A DNA stretch of 50,002 nt, filler included, from Jimgerdemannia flammicorona (GCA_003990765.1; 2 parts of 2 records of this genome joined end to end with filler, not necessarily neighbours in it), one strand, 5' to 3'; counted from the whole stretch's first letter, positions 24,540 through 38,366 are shown. The notes: generated by a model not told the origin, from the sequence alone. Numbers and translations are program-made.

Positions 24540-24953
24540 TGATGGCATCTCTCTCTAACTCTCCAACATCCCCCAGAGAACCCAGTCCGACCACCATATC
24601 ATCGGCGAAGGCCCCCACCTTCCAGTTCACCCCTAGAATGTCCAAACCTCCAATCCTATGCCGAATCCTGTCCAGTAGCGGCTCCAGGGAAAGGGCATAC
24701 AATATGGGTGACAAGGGGTCCCCTTGTGGCACCCCGCGGCCCAGGGGAAAGTTCACCCCCCGGTGGCCATTGATGACCAATGCCACCTGACTGTCCTCCA
24801 ATAGGCTGATCAACGAACCTCGGAATCCTGGGGGGACTCCAACCCGCTTCAGCACTCCTTCCAGCCATATTCTCTGCACTCTATCATAAGCCTTCTCCTG
24901 GTCTAGAAATACCAATCTGCCATCCACCCCTGTAGCCCGGGCACCTTCAATCA
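24540..24953 (-). mobile_element. L1-clade LINE RT fragment (young, CpG-retaining), cut by the assembly gap
   Basis: FLDQEKAYDRV, GVPQGDPLSPILYALSLEPLL, AFADDMVV. Same family as 48110-48510. Confidence 0.92.
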
Positions 24954-25053
24954 NNNNNNNNNNNNNNNNNNNNNNNNNNNNNNNNNNNNNNNNNNNNTTA
25001 ATTAATTAANNNNNNNNNNNNNNNNNNNNNNNNNNNNNNNNNNNNNNNNNNNN
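24954..25053. other. Assembly gap / artificial contig linker
   Basis: 100 positions of N with a central TTAATTAATTAA (24998-25009), which gives stops in all frames. Adjacency across it is not supported. Confidence 0.97.
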
Positions 25054-26285
25054 TTTTTGGATCGTGATATTTTTGTCTTGGCCGTCGCAGCGTGGGTGTT
25101 CGTTCCTCGCTTTGTCGTTATCGTATTTCATCGATTAAAAACTGACCCTGACTTCGCGGGTCATATTTCGTGAAAAATCCTGTTCGTGGTGAAATATCCG
25201 GTTGTTGGATCGCATGACCATTCACCCGTGTAATATGGCCCTACACGGCTCATATGACGAGCCGGCCCAAATCCCGATGCCAATTCAGGGACCTGTTGGC
25301 TATTTTTGCACGGGGCGGGTCCGGTCGCATGTATACATATGGTGGGAAGGGGTTGATTGATTGACACGCGGGTTTTCGTAGGACTGTCTCGGGCAGGTGA
25401 CATTAGGCCTATGGGTATCTCTGTGTGGAGACGAGATGGCAGAATCTCTTTCTTTCTTCTACTTTCCGCATTTGGAATTGTTGACTTCGTGCACACTTTC
25501 AACAGTCATTTTTGTAGGAGGTATTGGTTGGCAAATGCTCCAATCCTGTGAAGAAGAGAGATCAAAAGGTATCACCCTTTCAACCACAGCCCAAATCTAG
25601 GTATTTCTAGTAAGACGAAGTTTCAGAGGCCCGAAACCGGAAACAAAAAAAAAAAAAAAACCCCCACTCAACGTAATCGTGGTGGTCGCGCGACGGACTG
25701 CCCCGTGCCGACTGTCCAAAACCGAATGTTTCATCTGATAAGGACAGTCCCGCCAAAGGGAGGACTGCATCCTGTCAGCCGGTCGGCATCGCGGCTATTT
25801 ATATTCAATGTACTTACCCTTCGAAATGCATCCGATCGACAATCAATAACATTGGCCTCCTTATCTTACATCGCCCCTGAAAACACGTGTCTCCCCCGCT
25901 CGCTTTTTGTTTCTCTTTGGTGGGAAAATCGCCGCGGGGCCAAGCTTCAGGCCCAAGTTATCAGGTTTCACTTGCGCCCCCTCTTTCACTCCAAGGGCCC
26001 CACGCCAAAAAGCCAAAACTTGGCGGACATGACCCCCCCTGCCCTTGGGAATCGATATCTGGTATACCCGCGGCATCCTTCCTGCAACCCCCGCAACTGA
26101 TTCCCGAAGCCACATGTCTGGTCTGCGTGTAACACCCTTTTGGAGGCGCAGAAGCGCGCTTTACCTTCCTGAATAGGAAAGTGGCGAGTAAAAATAAAAC
26201 GGGTGGGTGATGACCTGTGACGGCATTTCCTGTGGCGAAACTTTCTGTTTTTTTATTGCTGCTGCTCAAATATTTGGTCCTGCTC

Positions 26286-27742
26286 ATGGCAAAGGACAAG
26301 AAGAAGAAAAAGGACAAGGCTGAACACAAGGCTCGCGTCCAGGACAAGGTCGTCTAGTACTCGATTATTTTACGGATATTGTTTATTCCTTTGAGGCCGA
26401 ATATGAGGAACCTAATAGTTTTTGCGTTTGTGAACCTGGCGTTTTGTTTCCTGCTCAGACTGAGCGAAAGGTCGCGAAGAAGGTGAAGAAGCAAAAGAAC
26501 AAGAAGGAGGAGGCGGAAGAGGAACCAGAGGAGGACATTGAGTCAATCTTGGCGAGATTCAGGCATGAGGTGGGTTGGGAGAGCGCCAGATCTGTTGAAC
26601 CGCTCATCAATTTGCCGATGGAATGAAAAATGGTGTTGTAATCGGCCATCCCGCAACATTTGTCGATTCACCCGTCAATATAGCAAGAGGAAAAATACAA
26701 AGTCACCGAGGAGATTGTCGGCGGCCCGCCAAGGTTCATTTGTCAATCCGCATCGCTGCAAGTTGTTTGATAGCGTCCATTTCCCATTACTCATAGAATA
26801 TAGTCATGTAGTCGCCGCGCCAACGCCACGTTTACGGCGAACCCGACCAATGCCAACGAGCTGATTTTGTTTGGCGGAGAATTTTACGATGGGCAGAGAG
26901 GTAAGGGGGGGGCGAGACGTGGCGTTGGCCGCAGTCGGTATCACGTGGACTGACTCATTTCCTCTCTTCCAGTTCACATGTACAACGACCTTTACAGGTA
27001 AATCCTCACATCCCATTCAGTCATCCAAATCGCCGAATCCCACCTACCTCGTATCGCTCACATGCAGCTCACGCGCGTAGATACAACATCGAGAAGGACG
27101 AGTGGAAGCGCATCACCTCGCCTAACTCGCCGGGTCCAAGGTCCTCCCACCAAGTCGTCATCACGCCGACGGGCATCCTGTTCTTGTTTGGCGGTATGTT
27201 GTTTTGTTGGAGCGGCCGAGTACTCTGGGGTTTCTATTTTAATGATGTATATGGCGACTTTTTTTTTTTTGTGAGATCAGTCCGGTTTTTTGGATAACCA
27301 AATTATCGCTCTTATACGTACGATCCCGTCATTATTCCACAGGAGAATTCGTCTCCCCGAATGAAACCCAATTCTTTCAGTAAGCCTACCTCCTTCAATC
27401 TGCATCGTTCCGAGTCCGACACACCTGTTCACCACACCGTCACTCCTCTTTCGCACAGCTACAAGGATTTCTGGGCCTTCGACCTCAAGACGAACCAGTG
27501 GGAGAAGCTTGAGATCAAGCTCAAGCCGTCGGCGAGATCGGGCCATCGCATGGTGGTGGGTACATTGGGATGTCTGTTTGACTGTTGTACTGTTGGATTG
27601 GGGTTGTGATTGTGGCTAATGGTGTGATGGCCGAATTTCTATATTTTTTTTTGGAACAGTTGTGGAAGAATTTTATCATGCTGTTTGGAGGTGAGTTTCA
27701 CTTCGTAAACGGGTTGGGTATGCGGTGATAAATTAGAGGAGA

Positions 27743-27779
<37 letters not shown>

Positions 27780-30562
27780 GTTGACGATTGGTTCATCAAT
27801 TTCGCATCCAGGATTCTACGATAACTACGTGAAGACAAACTACTACGACGATTTGTGGTTGTTCAACATTCTAGAGTACAAAGTGCGAGATACAAATTTG
27901 TTGTTTATAGAATGTCGGCTGCGCTTTCAACGTGCACATCACTGACGATCCTTTGAGCGCACTTCACGATAGTGGACGAAACTGGAGATGCCCGAGCCCA
28001 CCACGAAACCAAGGTGGGTAAAACCGTAACCCAAAACACGATGGTAGATCTCACGCTGCCGGTTTGCAATATTATGGTGACAAGTGCTAACCTTTCCCAA
28101 CGTACCTACCGAAACCCTAGCGCCCGCAGCGGCTTCTGCTTCATCCCAACCACCGATGGCGTCATCTTGCACGGCGGCTACTGCAAGCAGTACGTAAAGG
28201 GGCAGCGTGCCAAGGGGATTGTGCATTCGGGTGAGTGGATCGTTCCCTGTGGGTGTATGAGTCGATAAGCGGCTGAGTTTGAAACTGACTGTTTGGGTGC
28301 TCGTTTTCACGCAGACACGTGGTTATTGAAGATGAACCCAGAGACGAAGCTGATCAAGTGGGAGAAGCGGAGAAGGTCGGGGTTCGCGCCGAGGTTGGTT
28401 CGCGTTATTGGTTTCTAGGTATTTATTGTTTGTTGTCCCGCTATGTGTGTTTACGAATGTGGCACCCTTTATGCATCGGTTTATTCCCCATATAATTTCA
28501 ACCGTAGTCCTCGTAGCGGGGCTACGATGGCCGTATTCAAAAACCGCGCAGTCCTATTCGGTGGGGTATACGACGAGGACGTGAGCGAGGAGAAGTTGGA
28601 GAGTACATTTTATAATGAGCTGTAAGTGGACACATTTCTGCATTAATGATGATCCAAACCGTCGTTGCGAAATCGCCATACACCATGTTCTACAAATAAC
28701 TTGTGTTGCTACGCAGATACACCTACCAGATTGATTCCGGACGATGGTTCCCGTTAAATCTCAAGAAGCCCAAGAAGCCCAAGAAGCCGAAACAGCCGCA
28801 AAATCAGCAGAGAAGAGGAAACGAGAGCGATTCGGATGTCGAGGTTTGTTTACTTTTCCAACATTATAAAACGTTCTAATGTTCGATCACGTACTTGAAA
28901 TCTCCAAAAATTCTATCACCAATCACCATGTCCAGATGGACTTTGAATCCGACGAGGACGCTCCACGCTCCAAACCGACTCCTTCCAAACCGACCGCCGC
29001 TCCCGCCCCACCACCTGCAGCTGACGACGACCCGGACCTGCCACAGCCATGCCCGCGCTACAACACTATGATGTGCGTGCAACGGTCCACGCTGTTCGTT
29101 TACGGCGGAATCTTTGAGGCCCGCGAGAAAGAATACACGCTTGACGACTTCTGGACCCTCAACATGGACAAGATGACCGAGTACGTTTGCCTCAAGAGCT
29201 CCGAGATCGACGCCCAGGTGTGGCTGGGCGAGGAGAGTGGGGATGAGGACGAGGATGAGGATGAGGAGGGGGAAGATGAGGATGAGGATGATGAGGATGA
29301 GGAGGAAGAAGAGGAAGAGGAAGAAGAAGAGGAGGAGGCGGGGGTGGAAGATGAGATGGAGGTGGAGATGGAGGTGGAAGTGGAAGTAGATAAAAAGACG
29401 AGAAAAAAGAAGGATGAGAAGGTGGGAAGGAAAGGGGAGGGAATGGAAATTGAGCGAAAAGAGAAGAGCAAGAAAGAGAAGGGAGTACATGTCAGGCCGT
29501 ATGATGACAAGGCGGAGGATGAGGATGAGAATGGGGATAAAGAGGTAGAGGTGGAGGCAGAAGTAGATACAAAGTTAAAGAAGAAGGAAAAGGAAAAGGA
29601 AAAGGAAAAGCAAGTTGATCGAAAAGAGAATGGCGGGAAGAAAGATAAGGGAGAGGATGCTGGACCGGGCGATGACAAGTTGGATAGGAAAGGAAAGAAA
29701 AAAAGGAAAGATAAGGAGGTGCGGCGGAACGACGAGGAAGAGCAAAAGAAGGAAAAGAAGATGACAAAAAAGAAGTCAACCGACAACGGCGACGTCGAGA
29801 TGCAGCCAGTCGAGGTCCGCACTCTAATCAATTTGTCGAGCATACTTCCGTGGATATTTCGGATTCGCCTGTTCTTTCATCTTTATTCCAAACCCGATCC
29901 TGAAAAATCGTTCTTCAGACATCACAGACTCCCGTGCAAGCAGATGTCTTCGCTGGTGTCTCTCGTCGGGGGCAAGATGTGTGAATCATTGTTTTCTCTG
30001 CTTTGCGTAAACAGTTATGCATCAATATGTGGATAGTTAACGTGTTCTCACTGCCCCTCCGCAGACAAAAATAAACGAAGAAGAGGTGCTCAGTACACCG
30101 AAACCGGGCGAGTCATTGAGAGAGTTCTATGCGAGGACAAGTAAGTATTCGGGAGCATGCCGTTTAGGATGAATCTTATTTTTTATTTTTTCCTTCCCCC
30201 TGTAATGATATCTTCAACGTAATCAATACAACTTCTCTAGCCACCCACTGGTCCCAGAAGATGTACGAGCAGGAGGGCACCATCCACGGTTCGCATCGAC
30301 CCGCGTGCCATGTTGCCCTTATTTTTTACAACCATTATATCCTTCCTTAACCTTATCTGTTCTTTCTTCACTAGGTAAGGCCCTACGGCGCGACGCTTTC
30401 CAGCTCGCGCAGGACCGCTACAATGAGTACCAGCCCATTCTAGCGGAGATTGAGAAACTGCGCATCGCCGCAGGGATGGACGAGGAGGACGAGGCCGACG
30501 GGAAGAAGGGCGGATCAGCGGCGAGCGGGTTCGATAAGATGGCGTCGAGGAATAGGAGGTAG
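26286..30562 (+). CDS. KEL3: Kelch-domain-containing protein 4 (KLHDC4/Kel3-like) with C-terminal DUF4110-type domain; multi-exon
   Basis: MAKDKKKKK start; EEDIESILARF; kelch blades ELILFGGE, PGPRSSHQ, PSARSGHRM, PRSG..MAV..LFGGV, PCPRYN; acidic/Lys-rich insert; TPKPGESLREFYART..GKALRRDAFQLAQDRY. GT-AG introns; exon bounds only partly resolved. Confidence 0.9.
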
Positions 30563-31002
30563 TGCAGGTCGAAGGATGGAACACGCGCATGCTATGCTCT
30601 TCGTGGTCATGTGCTATGTCATGTGACCTGTCATCGCACGTTTTACAATAAAGGCAACTATGACATCGTCATGCCAGGTTTTCTCCCGAGTGCCCGAGTT
30701 CCACTGATCCTGATCTATGGCTATGTTGACAGCGGTCTGGACTTCATGAACACCGCTATGCGCAGTTAGATCAAACAGAGAGATTATCGCGTCAGGATAT
30801 TCTTCCAGTTCGTCGAAGAACTGCTGTCTCCGAAAAGCGACTGTAGAAGAGTAATTCTGATGCTATTTTGGCACTCCATAAAAGGCAAATGCAGGAACAC
30901 AACCCGTCGATTGACAGTCCCGCATGAGTAATCGCGCTGAACCTTCTGCTTTATAAATAACTTCCTTCCGTTCGTCGCCGATTTCCTCTGCAACGACAAA
31001 AA

Positions 31003-33503
31003 ATGAAGCTCCCAACCCTGATACTAGCCGGCGTCCTGCTGTCCTCCACTGTCGCGGCTGAGGTGAGTTCCGGGTGGAGCTCGCCGCACGTCAAACGCCA
31101 GTTTATCCCGAGCGTGACCGATAACCATCCCGTGTTAGAATTTGCGAGGACCGGTAAACTTGTGCAGAACGGTAGGGTCAATTGGTTTGATTTGATGCGT
31201 GCGTGTCTGTATTTTACGGCATTTCTCATCTTGTCGATCCATTTTTCGTACGCCCAGGTCGCACCGGTGTTTCAGCCATGCATGCCGTCCTATTGAAGTG
31301 CGTATGCTGTGCTGGTCGTTAAATGTCATCGAATACATTGACACATTGACCTCACATTTGTATCGTCGACGTTCCGCAGCGATCGCAAGATTATGGTCAT
31401 CGACAAAGGTTGGTTTCGTTTGTGAGTCTATCTTCCGTTCGTTGTCCCACAATAGGTTATTGTTATTCTGGCATCAATAAATGTAACCAAAAAAAATCTA
31501 GCTCAATGGAACGAGGCACGCTTCGATTCGGGTCAGTACGCTTGGTCCACCGAGTACGATTACATCGACAACAATTACAGGGCGCTACACATGGATACCA
31601 ACAGCTTTTGTTCCGGTGGCGGGTTTCTGGGGAACGGTACGCTGGTTAGCACGGGCGGTGGCGAACGAAGGGTGCGTATATTTTTAGAAAATTTTCATCT
31701 TGGCCATTCAAAACCAACGCTACGGTAAGCGGCTGTGCAGTATATCATACCGTCTGATTTTTCCAACTCCCAACCAATTTCGCGTCCTAACCAGGGCCGT
31801 AATTATAAAGCTCTTGAAGGCTGGCACTCGATTCGCATGTTCAAACCCTGCACTAACCAGACGTGCGAGTGGAGCGAGTTTTCGACCCACCAAATGGGTG
31901 TGAATCGGTGGTATCCGACTGCCGAGCAATTGCCAGATGTGAGTGTTATGGAAGATAATGGTAAAACCGATCATTGTTGCGAATGAGATTTTATTTACTA
32001 CGATTATGCCATTCGCTTGGTTCTTGACATCACAGGGTAGCCTATTTATCATTGGCGGTAGTAAGAAGGGTGCCGCGGTGAATCGCGAAGAAATCAACAC
32101 TCCGTCATACGAGTATGTAGATTTTTAGTGTTTTTTATTTTTATTTTATTGTGATAAGATAATGACAATGTACCGTCATAATATTACCAGGTTCTGGCCA
32201 ACGCGTGGCCCACCCGTCCACATGCAATTCCTTGTGGATACCATGCCATACAACCTGTAAGTTCCATTGCTCGTGCATGCGATAACGAAGGTTAGACGTT
32301 TGGATAACATAAATAATATGATTCCCCATACCAATAGCTACCCCTTCGTCTACCTTCTTCCCTCTGGCCACCTTTGGATCTTCGCCTCTCGTTCCTCCAT
32401 CATCTTCGACTATGAAAAGAATGAGATTGTCCGTCGTCTGCCGGATATTCCTGGTAACGTGCGCAGTTATCCACTCACCGGGACTGCCGTTATGCTCCCC
32501 CTTATGCCCGAGAATAATTATGAGGTGGAGGTGCTAGTGTGTGGTGGAGCTGAGGGGATGCGTAGAAAGTCCCGTGCGGATGATACGTGCGGAAGAATTA
32601 ATCTGAGCAAGGAGGACACGAAGTGGGAGATGGTGAGTCCAATTTATTGCATATGTTTAACGAGCTTGAATGGTTGGTGTTAGGATAGTCTGTGACGACG
32701 GATACGCTTTTCTTTCCTTCTCCGATCCGAATAATAGGACACATTTGTTTTTCCTCGCTTGATGCCGGACGGGGTTCTTCTCGCTGACGGCAAGATCCTC
32801 TTCGTCAACGGTTGCCAACGCGGTTTCGCTGGTTACAATGGCCGCAATAACGATCCTCAGTTTACGCCCGTCATATATGATCCTGTGAAGCCGCTGGGCC
32901 AGCGATGGATCACCGGCCTCGTATCTTCAACCATTGCCAGGATGTATCATTCGGTCGCTTTGTTGATCCCGGTAGGTTTTTATGTCATCTTGGTGGTTTG
33001 CAAAGAGACAGGTCAGTTGGTTATGCATAACTGACCAACGTTGGATTGCTTCCACCATTTATGACATCCAGGACGGCACAGTTTGGATCGCCGGCTCCGG
33101 CTGCATCGACCCCCCGAACGCTACCGCGACCCCCTACCCAACCGAATTCCGCGTCGAGTACTTCTCCCCGCCCTACCTCTTCTCCACCCCGCGTCCCCTC
33201 ATATCCAACGTTCCTACCTCACTCTACCCCGCCCAACGATTCGCCATCAACATCAACCTACAGTCCGACTCGACCCCAGACGTCAAGGCCGCCCTCATCA
33301 ACCCGGGATTCTCCACCCATTCGCTACATATGAGCCAGCGCTACGTCGGTCTCGAGAGTAGCCTTTCAGAAGACGGGTTGAACCTCGAAGTCGTCGCGCC
33401 GCCTAATAATAATATATTCCCCCCGGGACCCGCGTGGTTCTATGTTACCAACAATGGCGTGCCAGCGCAGGGGGTGCAGGTTATGGTGAAGACCTTGACG
33501 TGA
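31003..33503 (+). CDS. Secreted copper radical oxidase, glyoxal-oxidase type (CAZy AA5_1); multi-exon
   Basis: Signal peptide MKLPTLILAGVLLSSTVAA; TGVSAMH; catalytic set FCSGG (Cys), RWYPT (Tyr), RMYHS (Tyr/His) and STHS (His); C-terminal PPNNNIFPPGP Ig-like domain. Confidence 0.92.
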
Positions 33504-34657
33504 TTACGATATGATGGAAAATTTATTTAAATAGAGAATAGATGACTACAACCTTTGGTTCCTTTTATTCAAAGTGCTATGGTATGGTGGTATTAACATG
33601 CTCGCCGTGGAAGTTGAGGTGCATGGGGTGGTATTGTGTAGGGAAGAAAGTTAGGTGGCCGAACGAGATACGTCATTACCTCTCGAATCCAATGATCCAT
33701 ACATAGTCACCTCGCAGTAAACCTTGAAATAGACCAATGGATAGATATCCCCCCCCCCCCAAAAAAAAAAAAAGTATCGGATCTTCTTGCTGACGTGAAC
33801 GATAAAATTTGTTCACGAGCGAAGATCTCAATTCAGAATTTCTGTTAAATATTACGCTCGCGAATCTGTTGTGTGTCCGGAAAAGCCGTTTTCAGTTCTG
33901 GTGAAGCTACCATAAACAATTTAAGTGCACACAAGCCACGCGGAACTCCTCCACGTGGCGGGTCGGATCGGATCGGAGCACCAATTTTTTAAACGACCGT
34001 CTTGCTCGAAGAGGTCAGGACGCTCGCTGCTGTTCGATAGAATGGACGAGATGATACGCCTTGCTGTGGTGCATGTCTAGTTCCATAAACATTGTAAAGA
34101 CTACATCTTGTTTTCTTTGGTTTACATCCCCAGTGTTCGGATCTCGACAGACGATGGCTTTTTACATGTGATGCATGATTTCAGGGAATCGAATGAATCG
34201 AGCCTTCCGCCGTGCCACAGCCTCCCAAATATATGCTGACATATCTGACACCATAGTTTGCATAGTTTGCCCGGCGAACCCCGCTGGACCCAGAATCCAA
34301 TGCCAAGGAACCAAGCCCCCCTCCTTCCCGACAAGCAAAGCACAACATGCCATATACCCCATTGACCCGTCCTGTCAATCTCCAATGATGTCATGCCCAC
34401 AACGCGTAATTGGAAATTGGGCGCAATCCAACTCCGCTTTCCTACGACGACAGCTCGAAACCACGAGGACTCCGGAATGATACGAGCACAGCATGTTCGA
34501 CATGTGAAACTGAGGTGTTCTGCGCACGTGATTTTTCGTAGATGTCAGATGTTAAAAAACCCACCTATGAGGGGAGAGATGTTTGGGTGCTTGCTTGCTT
34601 GCTCTCTTCTCTTCTCTCTCCACATCATCTCATCTCACACGACCACCACCACTCAAC

Positions 34658-35915
34658 ATGTCTTCATCCATCGACACCACAAACATTGCCGAGGACAAGT
34701 ACACAGCTGTTCGGAGAGATATCGTAAAGATCTTGCCGAAAGAGGATTACGATGATGGCTCGCTTGGTCCCGTTCTGTGAGTTGCATCTAGATATTTGGA
34801 ACGTATAATCCGTTCGAATTTTGGCGTAGTGTCTGCATCCGCAAAAATTCTAATCTTGAATTCGCAAAACGTTCCAATTTTCGTTCTTTGCTCAGCGTCC
34901 GCCTCGCGTGGCACGCCAGCGGCACTTACTCTAGGCACGATCGCACCGGCGGCAGCAACGGCGCGACAATGCGGTTCGGCGCCGAGGCTAGTGACCCGGC
35001 CAACGCCGGTCTTGACATCGCTCGTGAGGCGCTAGAACCAATCAAGGCGAAATACCCGTGGATCAGCTATGCCGATTTGTGGACGTGAGTATCGTTTTTA
35101 ATTCGGCCATCATCGTTGAGAGCCAGGGTACCATATCACATGCGTTTGTAGGGATCTGACGGATTATCGTTGATTTCTTCTGCTGTGGGATTAGACTTGC
35201 CGGGTGCGTCGCCATTGAAGCCATGGGTGGTCCCAAGATTCCGTGGGTTTCCGGTGAGTCTTTGACTTTTTTTTTTTTTTTTCTACTTCTTCCACAATCC
35301 CTGAATCTCACCACAAACGTCCCACTAGGCCGCTCCGACGAGAGGTCCGAGAGAGCCTGCCCCCCTGTCGGCCGTCTTCCCGACGGCGCCCAGGGCAAGT
35401 CTCACGTTCTTGACGTTTTCGGCCGAATGGGCTTCGATGTCCGTGAGATTGTCGCTTTGATTGGCGCTCACACCATTGGTCGCTGTCATAAGGATCGCTC
35501 TGGGTATGACGGGCCGTGGACGTACACACCGACAAGGTTCTCGAACCAGTTGTAAGTAGTTTTATTTGGTTTTATAATGGAGTCATGGAACAGGAACGGA
35601 ACTTTGCTTTCAATTGTGCTGGTTTTGTGTGTATCCGCAATTCTCATCGTAATCCATCGAACCTTCACTATTAGTTTCAAGCTCCTCCTTCAAAAGGAAT
35701 GGGTGAAGCGTAACTGGGAAGGCCCCGAGCAGTTCCAGCCCAAAAACGACCCGGAGCTGATGATGCTCCCCGCGGACCTGGCTCTGCTCGAGGAGCCCTT
35801 CAGGCAATACGTTGAACTCTACGCCGCCGACAAGGACGCCTTCTTCAACGATTTCGCGCAAGCGTTCAACAAGCTGATCGAACTGGGCGTCGTACGGAAG
35901 GCGTCGAGGTTGTAG
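34658..35915 (+). CDS. Class I heme peroxidase (cytochrome c peroxidase-like, CCP2 type) with peroxisomal PTS1; multi-exon
   Basis: [59 protein letters not shown]. No mitochondrial presequence. Ends ...KASRL*. Confidence 0.92.
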
Positions 35916-36063
35916 GGTATTGAGGGGATTCGGTTTGCTTGTCGTGTGTGTTGATAGATTTTATGCTATTAGATTATAGAATAAAAGTCGTCCTGTGGCG
36001 TATTGCCGCGGAACAGAGACTCTATCGTCTATCATTGTCCTGCAGCTTATTGTCATCCTGTAG

Positions 36064-36501
36064 GCCGTGATCTATGGATCTCATTGATCCTCACACAAAT
36101 GCCATGATCTCGTTGATCCTCACATGAATGCCGTGATCTACGAATTGTGTTGATCCTCACACGAATGCTGTGATCTACGGATCTCATTTATCCTCACACA
36201 CGAACGTCATGATCTCTGGACCTAGTTGATCCTCACGAACGCCATGATCTACGAATCTCGTTGATCCTAACATGAATGCCACGATCTACGAATCTCGTTG
36301 TTCCTTACACAAATGCCGTGATTTACGAATCTCGTTGATCCTCTCATACGAATGCCATGATCTACGAATCTCGTTGATCCTTACACAAATGCCGTGATCT
36401 ACGAATTTCGTCGATCCTCTCATACAAATGCCGTGATCTACGGATCTCGTTGATCCTCACATGAACGTGGACCTCATTGATCCTCACACAAACGCTGTGA
36501 T
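36064..36501. repeat. ~37-bp minisatellite, ~12 units
   Basis: GCCGTGATCTACGAATCTCGTTGATCCTCACA(C/T)(A/G)AAT units directly abutting. Confidence 0.92.
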
Positions 36502-38275
36502 GTTGATGGAGGGTGATGCACGTCGTGGTAGGCCTGGAGAGCGACAAGGCAGTAGTGGCACTGTCGGTTGAAGAGGGCATGCCAGATACAGATTGTTAGA
36601 CAAGAGAATTCGTTAAGTGGTAGTGAAAATATAAAGATAGAATACTTATGCGCTTATTGAGCGTTGACACGTGATCTCGCGTGCGAGAGGTGTCACGTTC
36701 ATTGGGGTATTTTGACAAAGCGCGCGGGACCGTGATATCAGAGATCGAAGAAATAGCCTTCTCTTAGTCACCAGTCATCCCTGGACAATAGGCTGTGCTC
36801 ACGTAAGCGTATGATTGCAAATCTTCAAATAAACGTGGTAACTGTTATTTTTGGAGCCGTTCACATTGGTGAAAAGCGAATTCTTATATTTCTATTTTAT
36901 CTGTCTATTTTGCGTTTCACTTAGTCAAATTGCTAACATTTAAGGATTTCGCATCCATTCCCAGATTTGCGCAGAGTGATTGGGAAGGATGGGTGGTCCA
37001 ATGCTTACACATGCGTCACAATTAATTCTACAATGCATGACTATCGTCTGAGGTAGTAAATACAGATCGAATCGTAGATTGCTGGATCTGCTTTGATTGA
37101 TCAGGTACCTGGAGATTTACAAAATTACAAATGGCTCGAGTCGAACTCAGAGAATGTAGTAGACATCACTGCCTTAAATTCCAACTGGTACCCCTAAAAC
37201 ACTAACACCATAAGAACTGCTCCATTCAGCAAAGCTCGGAGGAAGATCTTCCGAGCATATTGTTTGTTATTATATAAATCGCCGCTCACCACTCACCACC
37301 GCTCGCCGCTCGCCGCCAGCCCCCCAGCGGCCGCCAGTCGCTCGCTGCTCACTGCCAGCCCGTTAGCCAGCCAAGATGGAGGTGGGTATAGTGAGGACAC
37401 CTTTAACGAACATGCACAGATAGTGAGCTTGATTCTATCATACAACTACACAACATTCACAAATTTCTGACATACCAGAAATATGCAGTTCGGTCAAGAT
37501 AGTGTTTTGCTTGAGAGACTCTGCTAGGACGCATGTCACCTCGCCATAGATGTTATTTCCCTAAAGTGAATAGGGAATTAGTGATGACAAGCGTGATTCC
37601 GTTATGCAGCAGCATACAATGCTTCACATAATTCTGACATACCGTTACTTGCCAGCCTGCAGATGAAGATGATAAACCTGCCTAAGATAAATGCAGTTCG
37701 TAGACGACTCATCGATGTACATTTCAATGTGCTAATCTCAGTCTCTTCAACACAGGAGGTTTCCGTAGTGCGACGGTGCTGGCTTTCGGCACTCTGGCGG
37801 TCTTTCTCCGTCGTTGTCGGTGGGCGTTTGTCATCAGCGGTTGCATTGTAGTGCGCTTACCAATTGAAGGGGAGTAGCGAAAATCAATACAACCATCACA
37901 GGCAAGAACACGAATGACAACCTGACAAGATAATACCGTTCCTTCCAGCGTAAACGTGCATCTCTTTTCCTTTGCTCACCTTTTTCACTCACAATCACGA
38001 CCCAAACCGTGGGTTGGCGTATGACTATGACAGACGTTCCTTTTCACTCACAATCACGACCCTAACTGTAAGACACGCGTTATTAATGTTTATAAATACA
38101 CATAAGCATGTAAACAAACGCCACCGACCTAGAATAGACCGGTTTCGCTGGCTCATCAGTTGGCCTAAAAGCAACCAAGACCAGGCAGCATGGCACATTC
38201 GCGTCGGCATCTCGCGCTGGTCAAAAAAATAAAATAAAAAATAAAAAATAAAAATAGTAAGCAAGCAGATTCGAA

Positions 38276-38276
<1 letters not shown>

Positions 38277-38364
<88 letters not shown>
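38277..38364. repeat. 88-nt poly(A) homopolymer
   Basis: Uninterrupted A run. Confidence 0.95.

Positions 38365-38366
<2 letters not shown>

Noticed and set aside
24370..24927. 185-aa ORF as a single gene
   Set aside because: Chimeric read-through from a LINE RT fragment into eroded Copia sequence.
24954..25053. TTAATTAATTAA palindrome and the TE/gene-island junction
   Set aside because: Artificial linker inside an N gap; no biological adjacency can be inferred.
25054..26280. Several 60-130-aa ORFs upstream of the kelch gene
   Set aside because: No recognisable motifs, and they overlap on both strands; probably promoter or intergenic sequence.
28876..29843. Minus-strand Leu/Phe- and Ser-rich ORFs
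   Set aside because: Antisense shadows of the low-complexity exon of the kelch gene.
36064..36501. 37-bp repeats of CRISPR-like length
   Set aside because: The units abut with no unique spacers; it is a minisatellite.
37264..38230. TATA-like site and short ORFs suggesting a further gene
   Set aside because: No coherent exon chain or protein motif could be supported.
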